This document shows, piece after piece, positions 8,987 through 18,841 of a stretch of DNA of 54,503 bases (positions within the stretch are counted from its first letter, which is position 1; each line of letters begins with the position of its first letter). Origin of the DNA: an uncultured Candidatus Saccharibacteria bacterium (GTDB lineage: Bacteria; Patescibacteriota; Minisyncoccia; Phycocordibacterales; UBA9973). The stretch covers positions 1 to 54,503 of the forward strand of contig CAZSFR010000001.1 in NCBI GenBank assembly GCA_964606295.1. The letters are read 5' to 3'. A model generated the notes under the pieces. That model worked only from the letters and a program-made list of their open reading frames with translations. It was not told the origin of the DNA and did no database searches. The position numbers were made by a program, and so were the translations under genes.

Positions 8987-9908
8987 TTCAATAGCTTGGA
9001 ATCACTTTGTTAATTGTATTGGCGTTTTAAACAGAATTCAACCATGAAGCCGTTCATAGTTGTAATATCTAAAATATTTCTTTAAAGCGCAATTAATCTT
9101 TCTCACATCGTATGGTAGCTTGCCTAAACACTATTCCTGCACAGTTCCGTTTAACCTCTCAATGTCTGCATTGTCGTTCGGTTTCCCGATCCGTGTATAC
9201 CGATGATTCTTTTTGATGCGTAACACAAACAACGAACTAAATTTCGGCCCATGATCGGATTGGATCATTTTGAATTGAAATGGTGCATATTTTTGTGCTT
9301 CTTGCAAAAAGCGGGCACTCGTTCTGCCATTCATCCGGGCATATGCTTTAGCGTATGCCCATCGTGAGTAGGTATCAAATATCACAAATACATACAATCT
9401 TCTCCTTTGGGATATCATTCGGTGAATAGTATCAATCTCCATTAAATCACCTGAGTGCAAGGGATATGGACGCTCTTGATGCGGATGGTACCGCTTTCAA
9501 GGACTTCGTTTATTGACTAAGTAATGTCGTTTGAGAGTTCTCTTTACAAAAGACAACGAAACTCTGATTCCATCATTGAGTAACTTTTGATGCACCACTT
9601 CTGAATATCGATTGTATTTCAAATATTTTTCAACAGTCTTCCTGACTGTGTCTCTCGGAAATTCTTTTGGGGTGATGTCTTAGTCTTGATGAACGAGTAA
9701 GCATGGGATGATCTCCAATGACTCATGATCGAGCAACCCATTCAATGATGACACTTTGAGAGTATCCGAAGTGTCGAGGAAGCTTTCCTGTACTCCACCA
9801 TCAGTGTACTAGGCGAGCTGCTTCGCGACGTATCTTTGGAATGTGTTTATTTGTTGTGTAGGGCGCATGGATTCATCCTAAATGGTTAGCTGATTCCAAG
9901 TCATTGAA
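8987..9908 (-). mobile_element. decayed IS element (rve/DDE transposase, IS481/IS3-like) with terminal inverted repeats
   Basis: TTCAATAGCTTGGAATCAC (8987-9005) matches the reverse complement of 9890-9908 (TTCAATGACTTGGAATCAG) at 17 of 19 positions. The repeats bracket the transposase pseudogene. Confidence 0.7.
9032..9868 (-). pseudogene. transposase pseudogene (HTH + integrase-core DDE domain)
   Basis: The 109-aa ORF (9131-9460) holds the DDE core (...IDT..., SDHGPKF, NADIERLNGTVQE). The same frame continues past a TAG into ...YFRYYNYERLHG. The N-terminal part has several in-frame stops, and the HTH (GKLPRHFGYSQSVIIEWV, SSRLRHHP) lies in another frame. Confidence 0.75.
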
Positions 9909-9969
9909 CCAATATGCAGTTATTGACAAATTTATACTATATTGTATTATGTGATCAAATCTAACGAAA

Positions 9970-10266
9970 ATGAAAACTATAGAATTTTTCTGCCAGAAAT
10001 TACTGGTGAAATCTGCAAGCAACCAACTGCTAGAAAGTAAAGCGATAAAAAGGATACAATCGTTTCTAAAGGAACATAATTTGAAAACACACAGAAAAGA
10101 AATAAACCTTGAAGAGCTCGTGTGTCTTGCTCTAAAAAAAGTAAAAAACACAGAGCAAAAAAATAAACTAAAAAAAGTGGTCGTAGATACTCTGCGACTT
10201 CAGCAAAATAGAAATAAAGACAACAAACAAAGAACCGTAAGCGGATACTTTGATCATATTGTCTGA
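9970..10266 (+). CDS. hypothetical Lys-rich small protein
   Basis: The ORF is preceded by TTGACA-16-TATTAT (about 9924-9951). I recognise no motif. Confidence 0.4.
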   Translation: MKTIEFFCQKLLVKSASNQLLESKAIKRIQSFLKEHNLKTHRKEINLEELVCLALKKVKNTEQKNKLKKVVVDTLRLQQNRNKDNKQRTVSGYFDHIV

Positions 10267-10290
10267 TATTTACTAAGTCACTACGGTGGC

Positions 10291-11007
10291 TTATTTTTTT
10301 TGCAGATTCTTCTCGAGAGTGAATATCCAGTCTTCTTCATCGCCTTCACTTTTTCTCTTTTCTGTGAGTAGCCACATCAAATAGCCAGGATCTTCGCGAG
10401 CGAGGTCTGCTATTTTGCGACCAGCGTATTTGCCAAAAGTAATCACAGGGATAAGGGAGGGGGTGTTAGACACCTCGATCATTTTTGAGAGCGCCTTTTT
10501 TTCGTCACCTTCTTCCTCAGTAACTTTTTTCAACAATCGTTCAAACAATTTTTCAAGGACAAGTACGTCGCCCGCAGCATCGTGTGCGGTTGCATCTATT
10601 TCTATTTCCAAATAGTAACGGAGATACTGCAGATTGTGTCGAGGTATGACGCCATCACGGTCTAGGTACCGTGCTACGCGGAGTGTACAAATATGGTGTG
10701 GTGGGGCAATGCCTTCTTTTTCTAGCATGCCGAGATCAAACTTGGCATTGTGTGCGACGAGAACTGCGTTTTCGTCTTCAAGTAGTTTTTTTATATGAGA
10801 GTAATCTTTTGAATCAGAGAAAGTCGGTTTATCCGCGACCATTTTGTTGGTGATGTGGCAAACTGCGCTCGATTCGATAGAAATAGGAAGCGACGGTTTG
10901 TAGAGTTCAGAAAAACTCGTTTCGCCGTCTTTGTACGCAAGCTGACAGAGACGATCCTTTTCTTCATTTCCAGTTGTTTCTGTGTCGAGATAGATGATTT
11001 TTTTCAT
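10291..11007 (-). CDS. DEDDh 3'-5' exonuclease (DnaQ/ExoX-like) with ExoX-type C-terminal domain
   Basis: Motifs are Exo I YLDTETTG, Exo II VAHNAKFDLGML and Exo III HDAAGDV, plus a C-terminal FGKYAGRKIADLAREDPGYLMWLL. Confidence 0.8.
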   Translation of the reverse strand: MKKIIYLDTETTGNEEKDRLCQLAYKDGETSFSELYKPSLPISIESSAVCHITNKMVADKPTFSDSKDYSHIKKLLEDENAVLVAHNAKFDLGMLEKEGIAPPHHICTLRVARYLDRDGVIPRHNLQYLRYYLEIEIDATAHDAAGDVLVLEKLFERLLKKVTEEEGDEKKALSKMIEVSNTPSLIPVITFGKYAGRKIADLAREDPGYLMWLLTEKRKSEGDEEDWIFTLEKNLQKK

Positions 11008-11054
11008 AGTTTTATAAGCTTCATTATAACACGTTCATGTGCTAAAATAGCTTT

Positions 11055-11507
11055 ATGTTACACGATGACATCAAGAATCAAATAAAGGAGGCAATGCTCG
11101 CCAAGGACGCTGTGAAGCTCGACGTTCTGCGTGGCCTCGTGACGGCATTTACCAACGAACTCGTTGCTAAAGGACGAACTCCACAAGACAGGCTTACTGA
11201 CGAGGAATCACTCGCCGTCATCGGAAGAACAGCAAAGCAAAGAAAAGATGCTATCGGGCAGTTTGAATCTGCAGGCAGACAAGATCTCGCAGATGAAGAC
11301 AAGGCGCAACTCGCAATTCTCGAAACATATTTGCCGGCGATGATGAGTGAAGAAGATGTGATGAAAATAGTGAGCGCAAAGAAAGACGCACTTGGTATTA
11401 CAGATCCGACGAAGAAAGGCATGCTCATGGCGGAAGCGATGAAGGAGCTCAAGGGCAAGGCAGACGGAAATATGGTTAAACAAATTGTCGATTCATTATT
11501 CAGTTAA
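11055..11507 (+). CDS. GatB/YqeY-domain protein
   Basis: IKEAMLAKDAVKLDVLRGL...ILETYLP is typical of YqeY. TAAAAT lies 6 nt before the ATG. Confidence 0.8.
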   Translation: MLHDDIKNQIKEAMLAKDAVKLDVLRGLVTAFTNELVAKGRTPQDRLTDEESLAVIGRTAKQRKDAIGQFESAGRQDLADEDKAQLAILETYLPAMMSEEDVMKIVSAKKDALGITDPTKKGMLMAEAMKELKGKADGNMVKQIVDSLFS

Positions 11508-11519
11508 TCTCTATAAATT

Positions 11520-11858
11520 ATGAAAGTAGTTATCCATTGGCTCATACTGACACTCGCGGTTCTCGCCGTACCTTATTTTATTGATGGCATTCAGGTTTCC
11601 TCGATCGGGGTTGCGGTCATTGTCGGCGCAGTGTTGGCGTTCATCAATCTCATTGTGAAGCCTGTCATTACTATACTTACTCTCCCGATCAATATTCTTA
11701 CACTCGGATTTTTCTCGTTGATTGTCAATGCGGCACTTTTCTATTTTGTTGGACAAGTGGTTGCAGGATTTACGATTGACAGTCTCATGGCAGCGTTCTG
11801 GGGCGCGCTCATTATCTCGATTATCAACTGGTTTGCGAATAAGGTAGTACGCGACTAA
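11520..11858 (+). CDS. small integral membrane protein (holin family IV / DUF360-like)
   Basis: A 112-aa protein with 3-4 TM helices and a YvlD/DUF360-like pattern. Confidence 0.6.
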   Translation: MKVVIHWLILTLAVLAVPYFIDGIQVSSIGVAVIVGAVLAFINLIVKPVITILTLPINILTLGFFSLIVNAALFYFVGQVVAGFTIDSLMAAFWGALIISIINWFANKVVRD

Positions 11859-12751
11859 TGAAAGATCCAGTTGCCATCGTTACACATAGCGACAAATTTC
11901 ACGCTGATGATATTTTCGCATGTGCGATTGCTGAATTGTGGCTGGAGAAAGAGAAAAAGGCATACACTGTGACACGTACTCGTGATCCTAAGATTATTGA
12001 AAATGCTGATATAGTGTTCGATGTCGGCGGAGTATATGACCCATCTATAAACCGTTTTGATCACCACCAAAAAGGAGGTGCGGGTGCTAGGGAGAACGGT
12101 ATTTTGTATGCTGGATGCGGACTCGTCTGGAAGGCATACGGGGAAATGCTCGCGGAAAGTTCCGATATTGCGCGCATTCTCGATGAAAAATTGATTCAAC
12201 CGATTGATGCTGATGACAATGGTATGGATCTTGTCGAACAAAATGGCGCGGTGTCGCCGTACTTTCTTCAGGATTTTCTCTATGCGTACCGGCCGACGTG
12301 GAAGGAGGACCATACTATGTATGATGAAATGTTTATATCTCTCGTCGAATTGGCAAAGCGTCACATTCTTCGCGAAATAAAAGTTATTTCTGATGCACAG
12401 GAGGCAAGGAGATTTATTGAAGAAGCTTATATGAACGCAGAAGACAAACGTCTCATTATCTTTGATCGCTTGTATCCGTTTGAACAAGTGCTTCCGAATT
12501 TCCCTGAGCCACTATTTGTTGTCGCACCTCGAGCGAATGGTTCATGGAAGGTTGAGACAGTAAGAAAAACAGTATTTGGATTTGAAAATAGAAAAGATTT
12601 ACCAAAAGAGTGGGCGGGATTGCGAGATAGCGAATTAGCAAATATCAGCGGTGTTGATGATGCAATTTTCTGTCACAATGGACTATTCCTTGTCGTAGCA
12701 AATTCACGCCAAGGAGCATTAGAACTCGCGCAGATTGCGCTTAATAAATAA
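11858..12751 (+). CDS. MYG1/UPF0160 family metal-dependent hydrolase
   Basis: Motifs are THSDKFHADDIFA and DVGGVYDP...RFDHHQ. Confidence 0.85.
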   Translation: MKDPVAIVTHSDKFHADDIFACAIAELWLEKEKKAYTVTRTRDPKIIENADIVFDVGGVYDPSINRFDHHQKGGAGARENGILYAGCGLVWKAYGEMLAESSDIARILDEKLIQPIDADDNGMDLVEQNGAVSPYFLQDFLYAYRPTWKEDHTMYDEMFISLVELAKRHILREIKVISDAQEARRFIEEAYMNAEDKRLIIFDRLYPFEQVLPNFPEPLFVVAPRANGSWKVETVRKTVFGFENRKDLPKEWAGLRDSELANISGVDDAIFCHNGLFLVVANSRQGALELAQIALNK

Positions 12752-12755
12752 AATT

Positions 12756-13787
12756 ATGCAACTCATCGATGAAATTACTATCAAAGCAAAAGCAGGACAC
12801 GGTGGTGACGGTGTTGTCCGTTGGCGTCAAGAAAAGTTCATTCCCAAAGGCGGTCCTGCGGGTGGAGACGGTGGAAAAGGAGGCGACGTGTACCTCCGTG
12901 CTATCCGCGACCCATTCGCATTAGCACGTTACAAAAGAGCGATAGTGCACGAAGCTGGGCGCGGAGATGATGGTGGAGAAGCAAAGCGTCATGGCGCAAA
13001 CGGCAAAGATATAATCCTTGATATTCCTATCGGTTCTGTTGTCACCAATGTTGAGAATGGAATGAAGTGGGAACTCACACAAGAGGGAGAACAAGTCCTC
13101 GTTCTTTATGGTGGTCACGGAGGTTTGGGAAATGAGCACTTCAAAAGTTCTCTCAATACGACACCCCTCAAAGCGACGCCAGGCAAAAGCGGTGAACGTG
13201 CAGAATTTTTCATTGAATTGTCGCTCTTTGCAGACATTGGATTTGTAGGACTTCCAAATGCGGGTAAGTCATCGCTTCTCAATTCGCTCACAAATGCCAA
13301 AGCAAAAATAGGTGAGTACGCTTTCACGACACTCGATCCCAACCTAGGTGATTTCCATGGGTACATACTCGCAGATATTCCCGGATTAATCGAAGGAGCA
13401 AGTGAAGGGAAAGGCTTGGGAACCAAATTTCTTCGCCATATCACTCACACACGTATCCTTGCTCATCTAGTATCGTGTGAGCTCGGAGTGAATAAGATTC
13501 TTACAAAAAAAGGGGAGACTTCCAAAAAGTCTGCTAGCTCTGATGGGATGATGAAAGCGTACAAAGATATCCGTGCGGAACTAGAAAGTTACGGGCACGG
13601 GCTTGCAGAAAAGGATGAAGTGATTGTCCTGACAAAAACAGACGTATTTTCTGATAGTAAAGAACTAGAAGCAAGAATCAAAGAATTCAAGAAATTGAAA
13701 AAGCCAGTTTTTACCATTTCGCTTTTTGATGAAAAGTCTGTGAAGATGCTTGCTGACGAGATTATAAAACTCTTGAAAAAGAAGTAA
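12756..13787 (+). CDS. obg: GTPase Obg/CgtA
   Basis: It has the Obg fold KAGHGGDGVVRWRQEKFIPKGGPAGGDGGKGGDV and the G-motifs GLPNAGKSS and DIPGLIEGA. The start is moved to the ATG just after the MYG1 stop; the ORF is open from 12735. Confidence 0.9.
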   Translation: MQLIDEITIKAKAGHGGDGVVRWRQEKFIPKGGPAGGDGGKGGDVYLRAIRDPFALARYKRAIVHEAGRGDDGGEAKRHGANGKDIILDIPIGSVVTNVENGMKWELTQEGEQVLVLYGGHGGLGNEHFKSSLNTTPLKATPGKSGERAEFFIELSLFADIGFVGLPNAGKSSLLNSLTNAKAKIGEYAFTTLDPNLGDFHGYILADIPGLIEGASEGKGLGTKFLRHITHTRILAHLVSCELGVNKILTKKGETSKKSASSDGMMKAYKDIRAELESYGHGLAEKDEVIVLTKTDVFSDSKELEARIKEFKKLKKPVFTISLFDEKSVKMLADEIIKLLKKK

Positions 13788-13791
13788 TAGT

Positions 13792-15228
13792 ATGGAGAAG
13801 AAATACTATTCAACTGTCGGACTCGAAGTGCATGCTGAATTGAAAACTGCAAGTAAGATGTTTTGTTCATGCAAGAATGATCCAGACGAAATAGAACCGA
13901 ACAAAAATGTCTGCCCAACATGCCTCGCGCATCCGGGAAGTCTGCCAGTACCCAACAAAAAAGCGATAGAAGACGTCATCAAGGTCGGGCTTGCTCTTGG
14001 AGGTGAGATTGCAAACTTCAGTGAATTCGACCGTAAGAATTATTTTTACCCTGATATCCCAAAGGGCTATCAAATCAGTCAGTACAAGCATCCGATTGTC
14101 TCTGGTGGAGAGCTTGCTGGTATGAAAGTCACACGAGTTCATCTCGAAGAGGATACGGGGACTTCAAAGCATGACAAAGGCGACTACTCTGTCGTTGATT
14201 TCAACCGCGCAGGTGTGCCACTTATGGAGCTTGTCACAGAACCACATACGTTTGATACGCCAGAGGAAGCAGCAAAGGCCGCATCTGTCTTTGCCAAAGA
14301 GCTCCAGCTTTTGTACATATATCTAGGCGTGTCAGAAGCAAATATGGACAAGGGAGAGTTCCGTGTTGAAGCAAATATATCTATTTCTCCAGAGAAAGAT
14401 GTTCTCAACAAAAATCGCGTTGAAGTCAAAAACCTCAATTCGTTCAAAAGCGTTGAACGTGCAATGATTTTTGAGTTAAACAGAATGAAGGGTTTGTTTG
14501 AAGAGGGAAGAGAGAACGAGATTGTGCAGGAGACACGTGGTTGGGATGAAATGAAAATGAATACATATTCTCAACGAACAAAGGAAAATGCCGAAGATTA
14601 TAGATATTTTCCAGATCCTGATATTCCCAAATTCAAACTGCATGAGATGTTTGATATTGGAGAGCTACACAGAAATCTTCCCGAGCTTCCGAAAGCGAAA
14701 AGGGAAAGGTACAAAAAGGATTTTGGAATTAAGGATGAGGATATTGATAGCTATGTCAGCGACACAATTCTTGGCGAGTTCTTTGAGAATGTTGCAAAAC
14801 TACTCGGTCAAGAAGAGGAGTATGTAGCAACTGCTTCAAATTTCATAACATCTGACCTCTTGGGATTGATGGCAAAGGACGAGACGCTGACGTTTCCGAG
14901 TCCAGAAACTTTCGCAAAACTTATCAAGATGTTCAAAGAGTCGAAACTCTCTTCACGAGCAACAAAGGACATACTACTTTTGATAGCGGAAAATGATAAA
15001 GATCCAGAAGCGATAGCAAATGAAAAAGGAATGATGCAAAGCAACGATTTGGAAGGATTGAAACTTGTTGTTCAAACGATTATTACATTAAACGAAAAGA
15101 TTGTTGCAGATTATAAGGCTGGCAAGGAAGCCGCATTGCAAGGTTTGGTTGGACAAGTAATGAAAGAGACGAAGGGATCGGCCAATCCACAAGTTGCACT
15201 CAAACTCATAAAAGATGCTCTACAGTAA
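13792..15228 (+). CDS. gatB: Asp-tRNA(Asn)/Glu-tRNA(Gln) amidotransferase subunit B
   Basis: GLEVHAEL, a Cys cluster (CSC...CPTCLAHPG), RVHLEEDTGK-like and a C-terminal YqeY-like tail. Confidence 0.92.
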   Translation: MEKKYYSTVGLEVHAELKTASKMFCSCKNDPDEIEPNKNVCPTCLAHPGSLPVPNKKAIEDVIKVGLALGGEIANFSEFDRKNYFYPDIPKGYQISQYKHPIVSGGELAGMKVTRVHLEEDTGTSKHDKGDYSVVDFNRAGVPLMELVTEPHTFDTPEEAAKAASVFAKELQLLYIYLGVSEANMDKGEFRVEANISISPEKDVLNKNRVEVKNLNSFKSVERAMIFELNRMKGLFEEGRENEIVQETRGWDEMKMNTYSQRTKENAEDYRYFPDPDIPKFKLHEMFDIGELHRNLPELPKAKRERYKKDFGIKDEDIDSYVSDTILGEFFENVAKLLGQEEEYVATASNFITSDLLGLMAKDETLTFPSPETFAKLIKMFKESKLSSRATKDILLLIAENDKDPEAIANEKGMMQSNDLEGLKLVVQTIITLNEKIVADYKAGKEAALQGLVGQVMKETKGSANPQVALKLIKDALQ

Positions 15229-15261
15229 GATCGTTACAAATATAAATAGACAAACTTTGTT

Positions 15262-15876
15262 ATGACTATAAAATGTGAAAAATGCTCAATGGACGCGACT
15301 CATCTGACGGTTGATGCGGGAGGACTTGTCCACCATTATTGTGAACATCATGCACCGAAAGGAGCAACAAGAATCGGAGAAGTGACCAAAAAGAATTTCT
15401 TTAAAACATATAAGGTTCTTTTTGTTGTATTGTTTGTGATACTTATATACATGCTTCTGCGGATTTCTGTTCGGCCTGGTAATGGATGGGAGGTGCTAAT
15501 GAATGATTTTATGGCTGGATTCTTCCTTGTTTTTGGGGCACTTGAGCTTTATACCTACAAATCATTTCAAGTAGTACTCAAGAAGTACGATCCCATTGCA
15601 AAGAGATTTGAGGTCTATGCGCAAATCTATCCTTTCCTATTTTTACTTCTCGGAATCATTCTCCATATGCAGAAAGGAGCCTTCGTAGTGAGTGTGGTGA
15701 CTATCATCATTCTTGGGATACAAACATATGGCATAATTAAAGTACTCAGGCGAGGAGAGAAGATTGAGTGTGCCTGTGTTGGGACAGCATTTGCGTTACC
15801 ACTTTCGTGGGTGACGGTTGGTGAAAATATTTTGATGATATTCATGGCATTACTAATGATTATAAATAGTTTATAA
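15262..15876 (+). CDS. membrane protein, MauE/DoxX-like, with N-terminal Cys/His cluster
   Basis: CEKC...HHYCEHH is followed by about 4 TM helices and a CACVG motif. The assignment is tentative. Confidence 0.45.
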   Translation: MTIKCEKCSMDATHLTVDAGGLVHHYCEHHAPKGATRIGEVTKKNFFKTYKVLFVVLFVILIYMLLRISVRPGNGWEVLMNDFMAGFFLVFGALELYTYKSFQVVLKKYDPIAKRFEVYAQIYPFLFLLLGIILHMQKGAFVVSVVTIIILGIQTYGIIKVLRRGEKIECACVGTAFALPLSWVTVGENILMIFMALLMIINSL

Positions 15877-15883
15877 AATACGT

Positions 15884-16381
15884 ATGAAAAATCTTTTAAT
15901 CGTTTTAGGAATTAGCGTCGTTTTGGTTTTTGGAATCATTTTTCTTACAAGTAAAAAAGAAGAAACTAAGGTAAAAAGCTATGAAGTGATGACGAGCAGA
16001 GAAGCTGCATTACTTTGTACCACAGACATGGCAACAGAATTCCATATACATCCAGAACTCAAAATCGTTGTTGATGGAGAAGAGATTATTTTACCTGAGG
16101 ATATTGGTATTACCTCGACATGTATGAATTCAATCCATACACACACTGACCTTCCTATTATCCACGTAGAATCACCTGTACAAAAGGATTTCACTCTTGG
16201 AGATTTCTTTGCAGTATGGGATAAACCTTTTGACAGTATGCATGTCGCAGACTTCGCAGCAGATACTGCGGGGCAGGTACGTGTTAGTATCAATGGTGTG
16301 GAAGTGGATACATATGAGAATACAATTTTCTACGATAAGGACAAAATTGTTATTGAAGCACAATCTGTTGCATCAATATGA
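15884..16381 (+). CDS. hypothetical membrane-anchored or exported protein
   Basis: It has an N-terminal TM segment and His-rich patches (FHIHPE, IHTHTD). It lies 8 nt after the previous gene. Confidence 0.45.
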   Translation: MKNLLIVLGISVVLVFGIIFLTSKKEETKVKSYEVMTSREAALLCTTDMATEFHIHPELKIVVDGEEIILPEDIGITSTCMNSIHTHTDLPIIHVESPVQKDFTLGDFFAVWDKPFDSMHVADFAADTAGQVRVSINGVEVDTYENTIFYDKDKIVIEAQSVASI

Positions 16382-16401
16382 TGCAAAGATAAGGAAAATT
16401 C

Positions 16402-16437
16402 AAAGCAAAAACCAGCTCAAAGGCTGGTTTTTGCTTT
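16402..16437 (+). terminator. intrinsic terminator (bidirectional shape)
   Basis: AAAGCAAAAACCAGC-tcaaag-GCTGGTTTTTGCTTT forms a 15-bp stem. Confidence 0.8.
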
Positions 16438-16462
16438 GTAATAGTAGTGGTATACTAGATAT

Positions 16463-17485
16463 ATGAAAATAACAAAAATAGCTATAAACGGCTTTGGTCG
16501 TATAGGTCGAGCATTTCTCAAAATTGCATGGGAGAGGGAGGATATAGAAATAGTCGCAGTCAATGATTTGGGAACGATCGATTCGCTAGCGTACCTCCTG
16601 AAATACGACACTGTCTACCGCACATGGGGACATGAGATCACGCACGACGGGACTCATATCATTGTTGATGGCAAGAAAGTACTTTTCATTCAAGAGAGGG
16701 ACACTACAAAGCTTCCATGGAAGGAGCTCGGTATTGACGTTGTCGTCGAATCTACCGGTCTTTTCACAACATTTGAAAGTGCAAAATTTCATCTCGACCA
16801 AGGTGCGCGCAAGGTTGTGATCTCTGCTCCTTCAAAAGGTGATGGCTCTGTCCAGGGCGAGACGATACTTCTTGGGGTCAACGAAGAGAAATTTGGAACA
16901 TGCGATATCACATCAAATGCTTCATGCACGACGAATGCTGCGTCACCGCTCATTGCAATTTTGCATGAAAAGATCGGTATCGAAAAAGCAATTCTTAATA
17001 CTGTCCATGGATATACAGCATCACAGTCATTGGTTGATGGTCCAAGCAAAAAAGATTTACGCGAAGGGCGCGCTGCCGCACAAAATATCGTGCCGTCTTC
17101 TACTGGCGCAGCGATCGCTGTGACAAAAGCATTTCCTGAGTTGGAAAATAAATTTGACGGTATTTCTGTCCGCGTGCCCGTGCCTGCTGGATCTATCGTG
17201 GACATTAGTTTCATAGCAAAGAGAGATACTTCTGCCGAAGAAGTGAATCAAATTCTCACAGAAGCATCGACGGATCCGAGATGGGAGAAGATTTTTGCTG
17301 TCACAACAGAGCCTCTCGTCTCAAGCGACATACTTGGCAATTCTCATGCTTCTATCGCAGACCTTGCGCTGACTCGCGTTGTCGGCGGGAATTTGGTAAA
17401 AGTGATGGGCTGGTATGATAATGAGTATGGGTATACTTATACTTTAGTCGAGCATGTGATAAAGACGGGGAAGACAATAAAATAA
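16463..17485 (+). CDS. gap: glyceraldehyde-3-phosphate dehydrogenase, type I
   Basis: INGFGRIGR, SNASCTTN and WYDNEYGY motifs. An extended -10 (TGGTATACT) lies 6 nt before the ATG. Confidence 0.92.
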   Translation: MKITKIAINGFGRIGRAFLKIAWEREDIEIVAVNDLGTIDSLAYLLKYDTVYRTWGHEITHDGTHIIVDGKKVLFIQERDTTKLPWKELGIDVVVESTGLFTTFESAKFHLDQGARKVVISAPSKGDGSVQGETILLGVNEEKFGTCDITSNASCTTNAASPLIAILHEKIGIEKAILNTVHGYTASQSLVDGPSKKDLREGRAAAQNIVPSSTGAAIAVTKAFPELENKFDGISVRVPVPAGSIVDISFIAKRDTSAEEVNQILTEASTDPRWEKIFAVTTEPLVSSDILGNSHASIADLALTRVVGGNLVKVMGWYDNEYGYTYTLVEHVIKTGKTIK

Positions 17486-17488
17486 GTA
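17429..17488 (+). repeat. direct repeat copy 1 (last 19 codons and stop of gap)
   Basis: This 60-nt stretch is identical to 18842-18901. Confidence 0.9.
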
Positions 17489-17493
17489 AAATT

Positions 17494-18063
17494 ATGAAAA
17501 ATATAAATTTGGAAAAAAATAGTATTACCGATACAAATAAAACTCAAGAAGGATTATTACATTCATGTTTTTTAGAAGGAGAAAAATACTCTGAACTTAA
17601 AACAGAATTAATGAATAAGGGTTATAATTTTTTAGAACACGGAGCTGTTTTAGCGCGTTTTGGAGAAAAAGGTTTTACTGGTGACGGCTCGTCACTATTC
17701 ACCGTTGCTTCGGAAGAAAATAATAATAAACTACTTAAATTAGCTTATCGAGAATTTAGTCATGAAACATTTGGAGATAGTCCTAAAACTTATCCAGAAA
17801 ATGCTTTAAAATTACAGGATTTACCAACACCACTGTTTGTTGTGAATCAAACAGATAGTTATTTTGATATTGAAGAAAATTTGAAATTAACCAATGGAGA
17901 TATTTTAGAATACTTAAAAGAATATGCGAATTTTAGTTTTATTGATGGAGTATTACATCAACATCGGGCTTATGGAGAGAATAATCAAAAAAAAGAAGAA
18001 TTAGGTGATTTTAAGATAAATTCAATCAAAGAATTAATATCAGCAATAAAAAATTTGAAATAA
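17494..18063 (+). CDS. hypothetical protein (189 aa), AT-rich orphan
   Basis: A long ORF in visibly more AT-rich DNA than its neighbours. I recognise no motif. Confidence 0.5.
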   Translation: MKNINLEKNSITDTNKTQEGLLHSCFLEGEKYSELKTELMNKGYNFLEHGAVLARFGEKGFTGDGSSLFTVASEENNNKLLKLAYREFSHETFGDSPKTYPENALKLQDLPTPLFVVNQTDSYFDIEENLKLTNGDILEYLKEYANFSFIDGVLHQHRAYGENNQKKEELGDFKINSIKELISAIKNLK

Positions 18064-18073
18064 TTTTATAAAA

Positions 18074-18160
18074 ATGTATTTAGGAAGTGATCATGTTGGC
18101 TATATGTTTAAAGAATAACTTAAGACTTATTTTAGTGAAGATTTTGTTGATTACGAAATT
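18074..18160 (+). pseudogene. decayed 5' fragment of an rpiB-like gene
   Basis: It translates as MYLGSDHVGYMFKE*LKTYFSEDFVDYEI, compared with the real RpiB MKIYIGSDHTGFELKEKLKVFLTERGDECVD. GGAAGTGATCAT is identical in both, and an in-frame TAA interrupts the fragment. Confidence 0.55.
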
Positions 18161-18267
18161 GCAGACAAAAGTGCATTTATAACGGCGGAAGCAATTCTTT
18201 ATCCTTTTAAAGCTAGATTAACTATTAAGACAAGTAAGAATATTACTAATCAATTTGTAACAATAGA

Positions 18268-18651
18268 ATGCAAAACAATAAAGATACATATATAGCGAGA
18301 CCTAGTTATACATTAGAAAAACTCAATAGTCTTTTTTTTGGTCTATTTATCAAGTATGCAGACAAAGACGATGATGATATAAAAAATGTTGAAAACGGGA
18401 CTGATTTCACAACATTTTATTGGAATATTCACCATTCAAGTTTTATTCTCGATGATACATCTAAAGAGAGCATACAAAATGATGTAAACACGCTGTGCAG
18501 TTTTGAGAGAGACTACAAAATTCATTTAAAGGATCACCATTCAATGCCTGAAATAATTTCAGAAAGACTTGTTCAAATTGAAAACATATTTACAGCTATT
18601 AAAAAAGTATATCCAGATATCAAAATACCAGACAATATAAGAAAAATCTAA
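18268..18651 (+). CDS. hypothetical protein (127 aa), AT-rich orphan
   Basis: ORF only. Confidence 0.45.
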   Translation: MQNNKDTYIARPSYTLEKLNSLFFGLFIKYADKDDDDIKNVENGTDFTTFYWNIHHSSFILDDTSKESIQNDVNTLCSFERDYKIHLKDHHSMPEIISERLVQIENIFTAIKKVYPDIKIPDNIRKI

Positions 18652-18841
18652 TAGAGACGGAGGAAACAAAGTGACGCGATGCATGCGCTTACTAAAAAAT
18701 AGAAAAGCAAGTATCATTGCTGTATAAAACCTGTCTTGGCATCATGTACATAAGGTGAGCCAGCGAGATTTTATACTCGAGAAAGTGATATAATAAGTGC
18801 ATGAAAACGTCGAATCAGCTGACATACTTCAGCAATGAATG

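Noticed and set aside
9032-9868. In-frame TAG, TAA and TGA codons in the transposase, considered as evidence of stop-codon reassignment or programmed readthrough.
   Set aside because: All three stop codons terminate well-conserved genes at the expected length elsewhere in the window; for example, TGA ends the transketolase C subunit. The transposase HTH region is also frameshifted, so ordinary pseudogene decay explains it.
11078-11458. Long ORFs lying antisense to, or out of frame within, conserved genes. Examples: 120-455, 3209-3529, 11078-11458, 13115-13444, 16789-17214, 21804-22163, 22594-23052, 26080-26622, 31382-31894, 44113-44664 and 49794-50234.
   Set aside because: Each is fully contained in a gene with clear family motifs on the other strand or frame. 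Their compositions are skewed (S/R/L-rich), and none has the promoter/ATG geometry of real genes here. I treat them as shadow ORFs.
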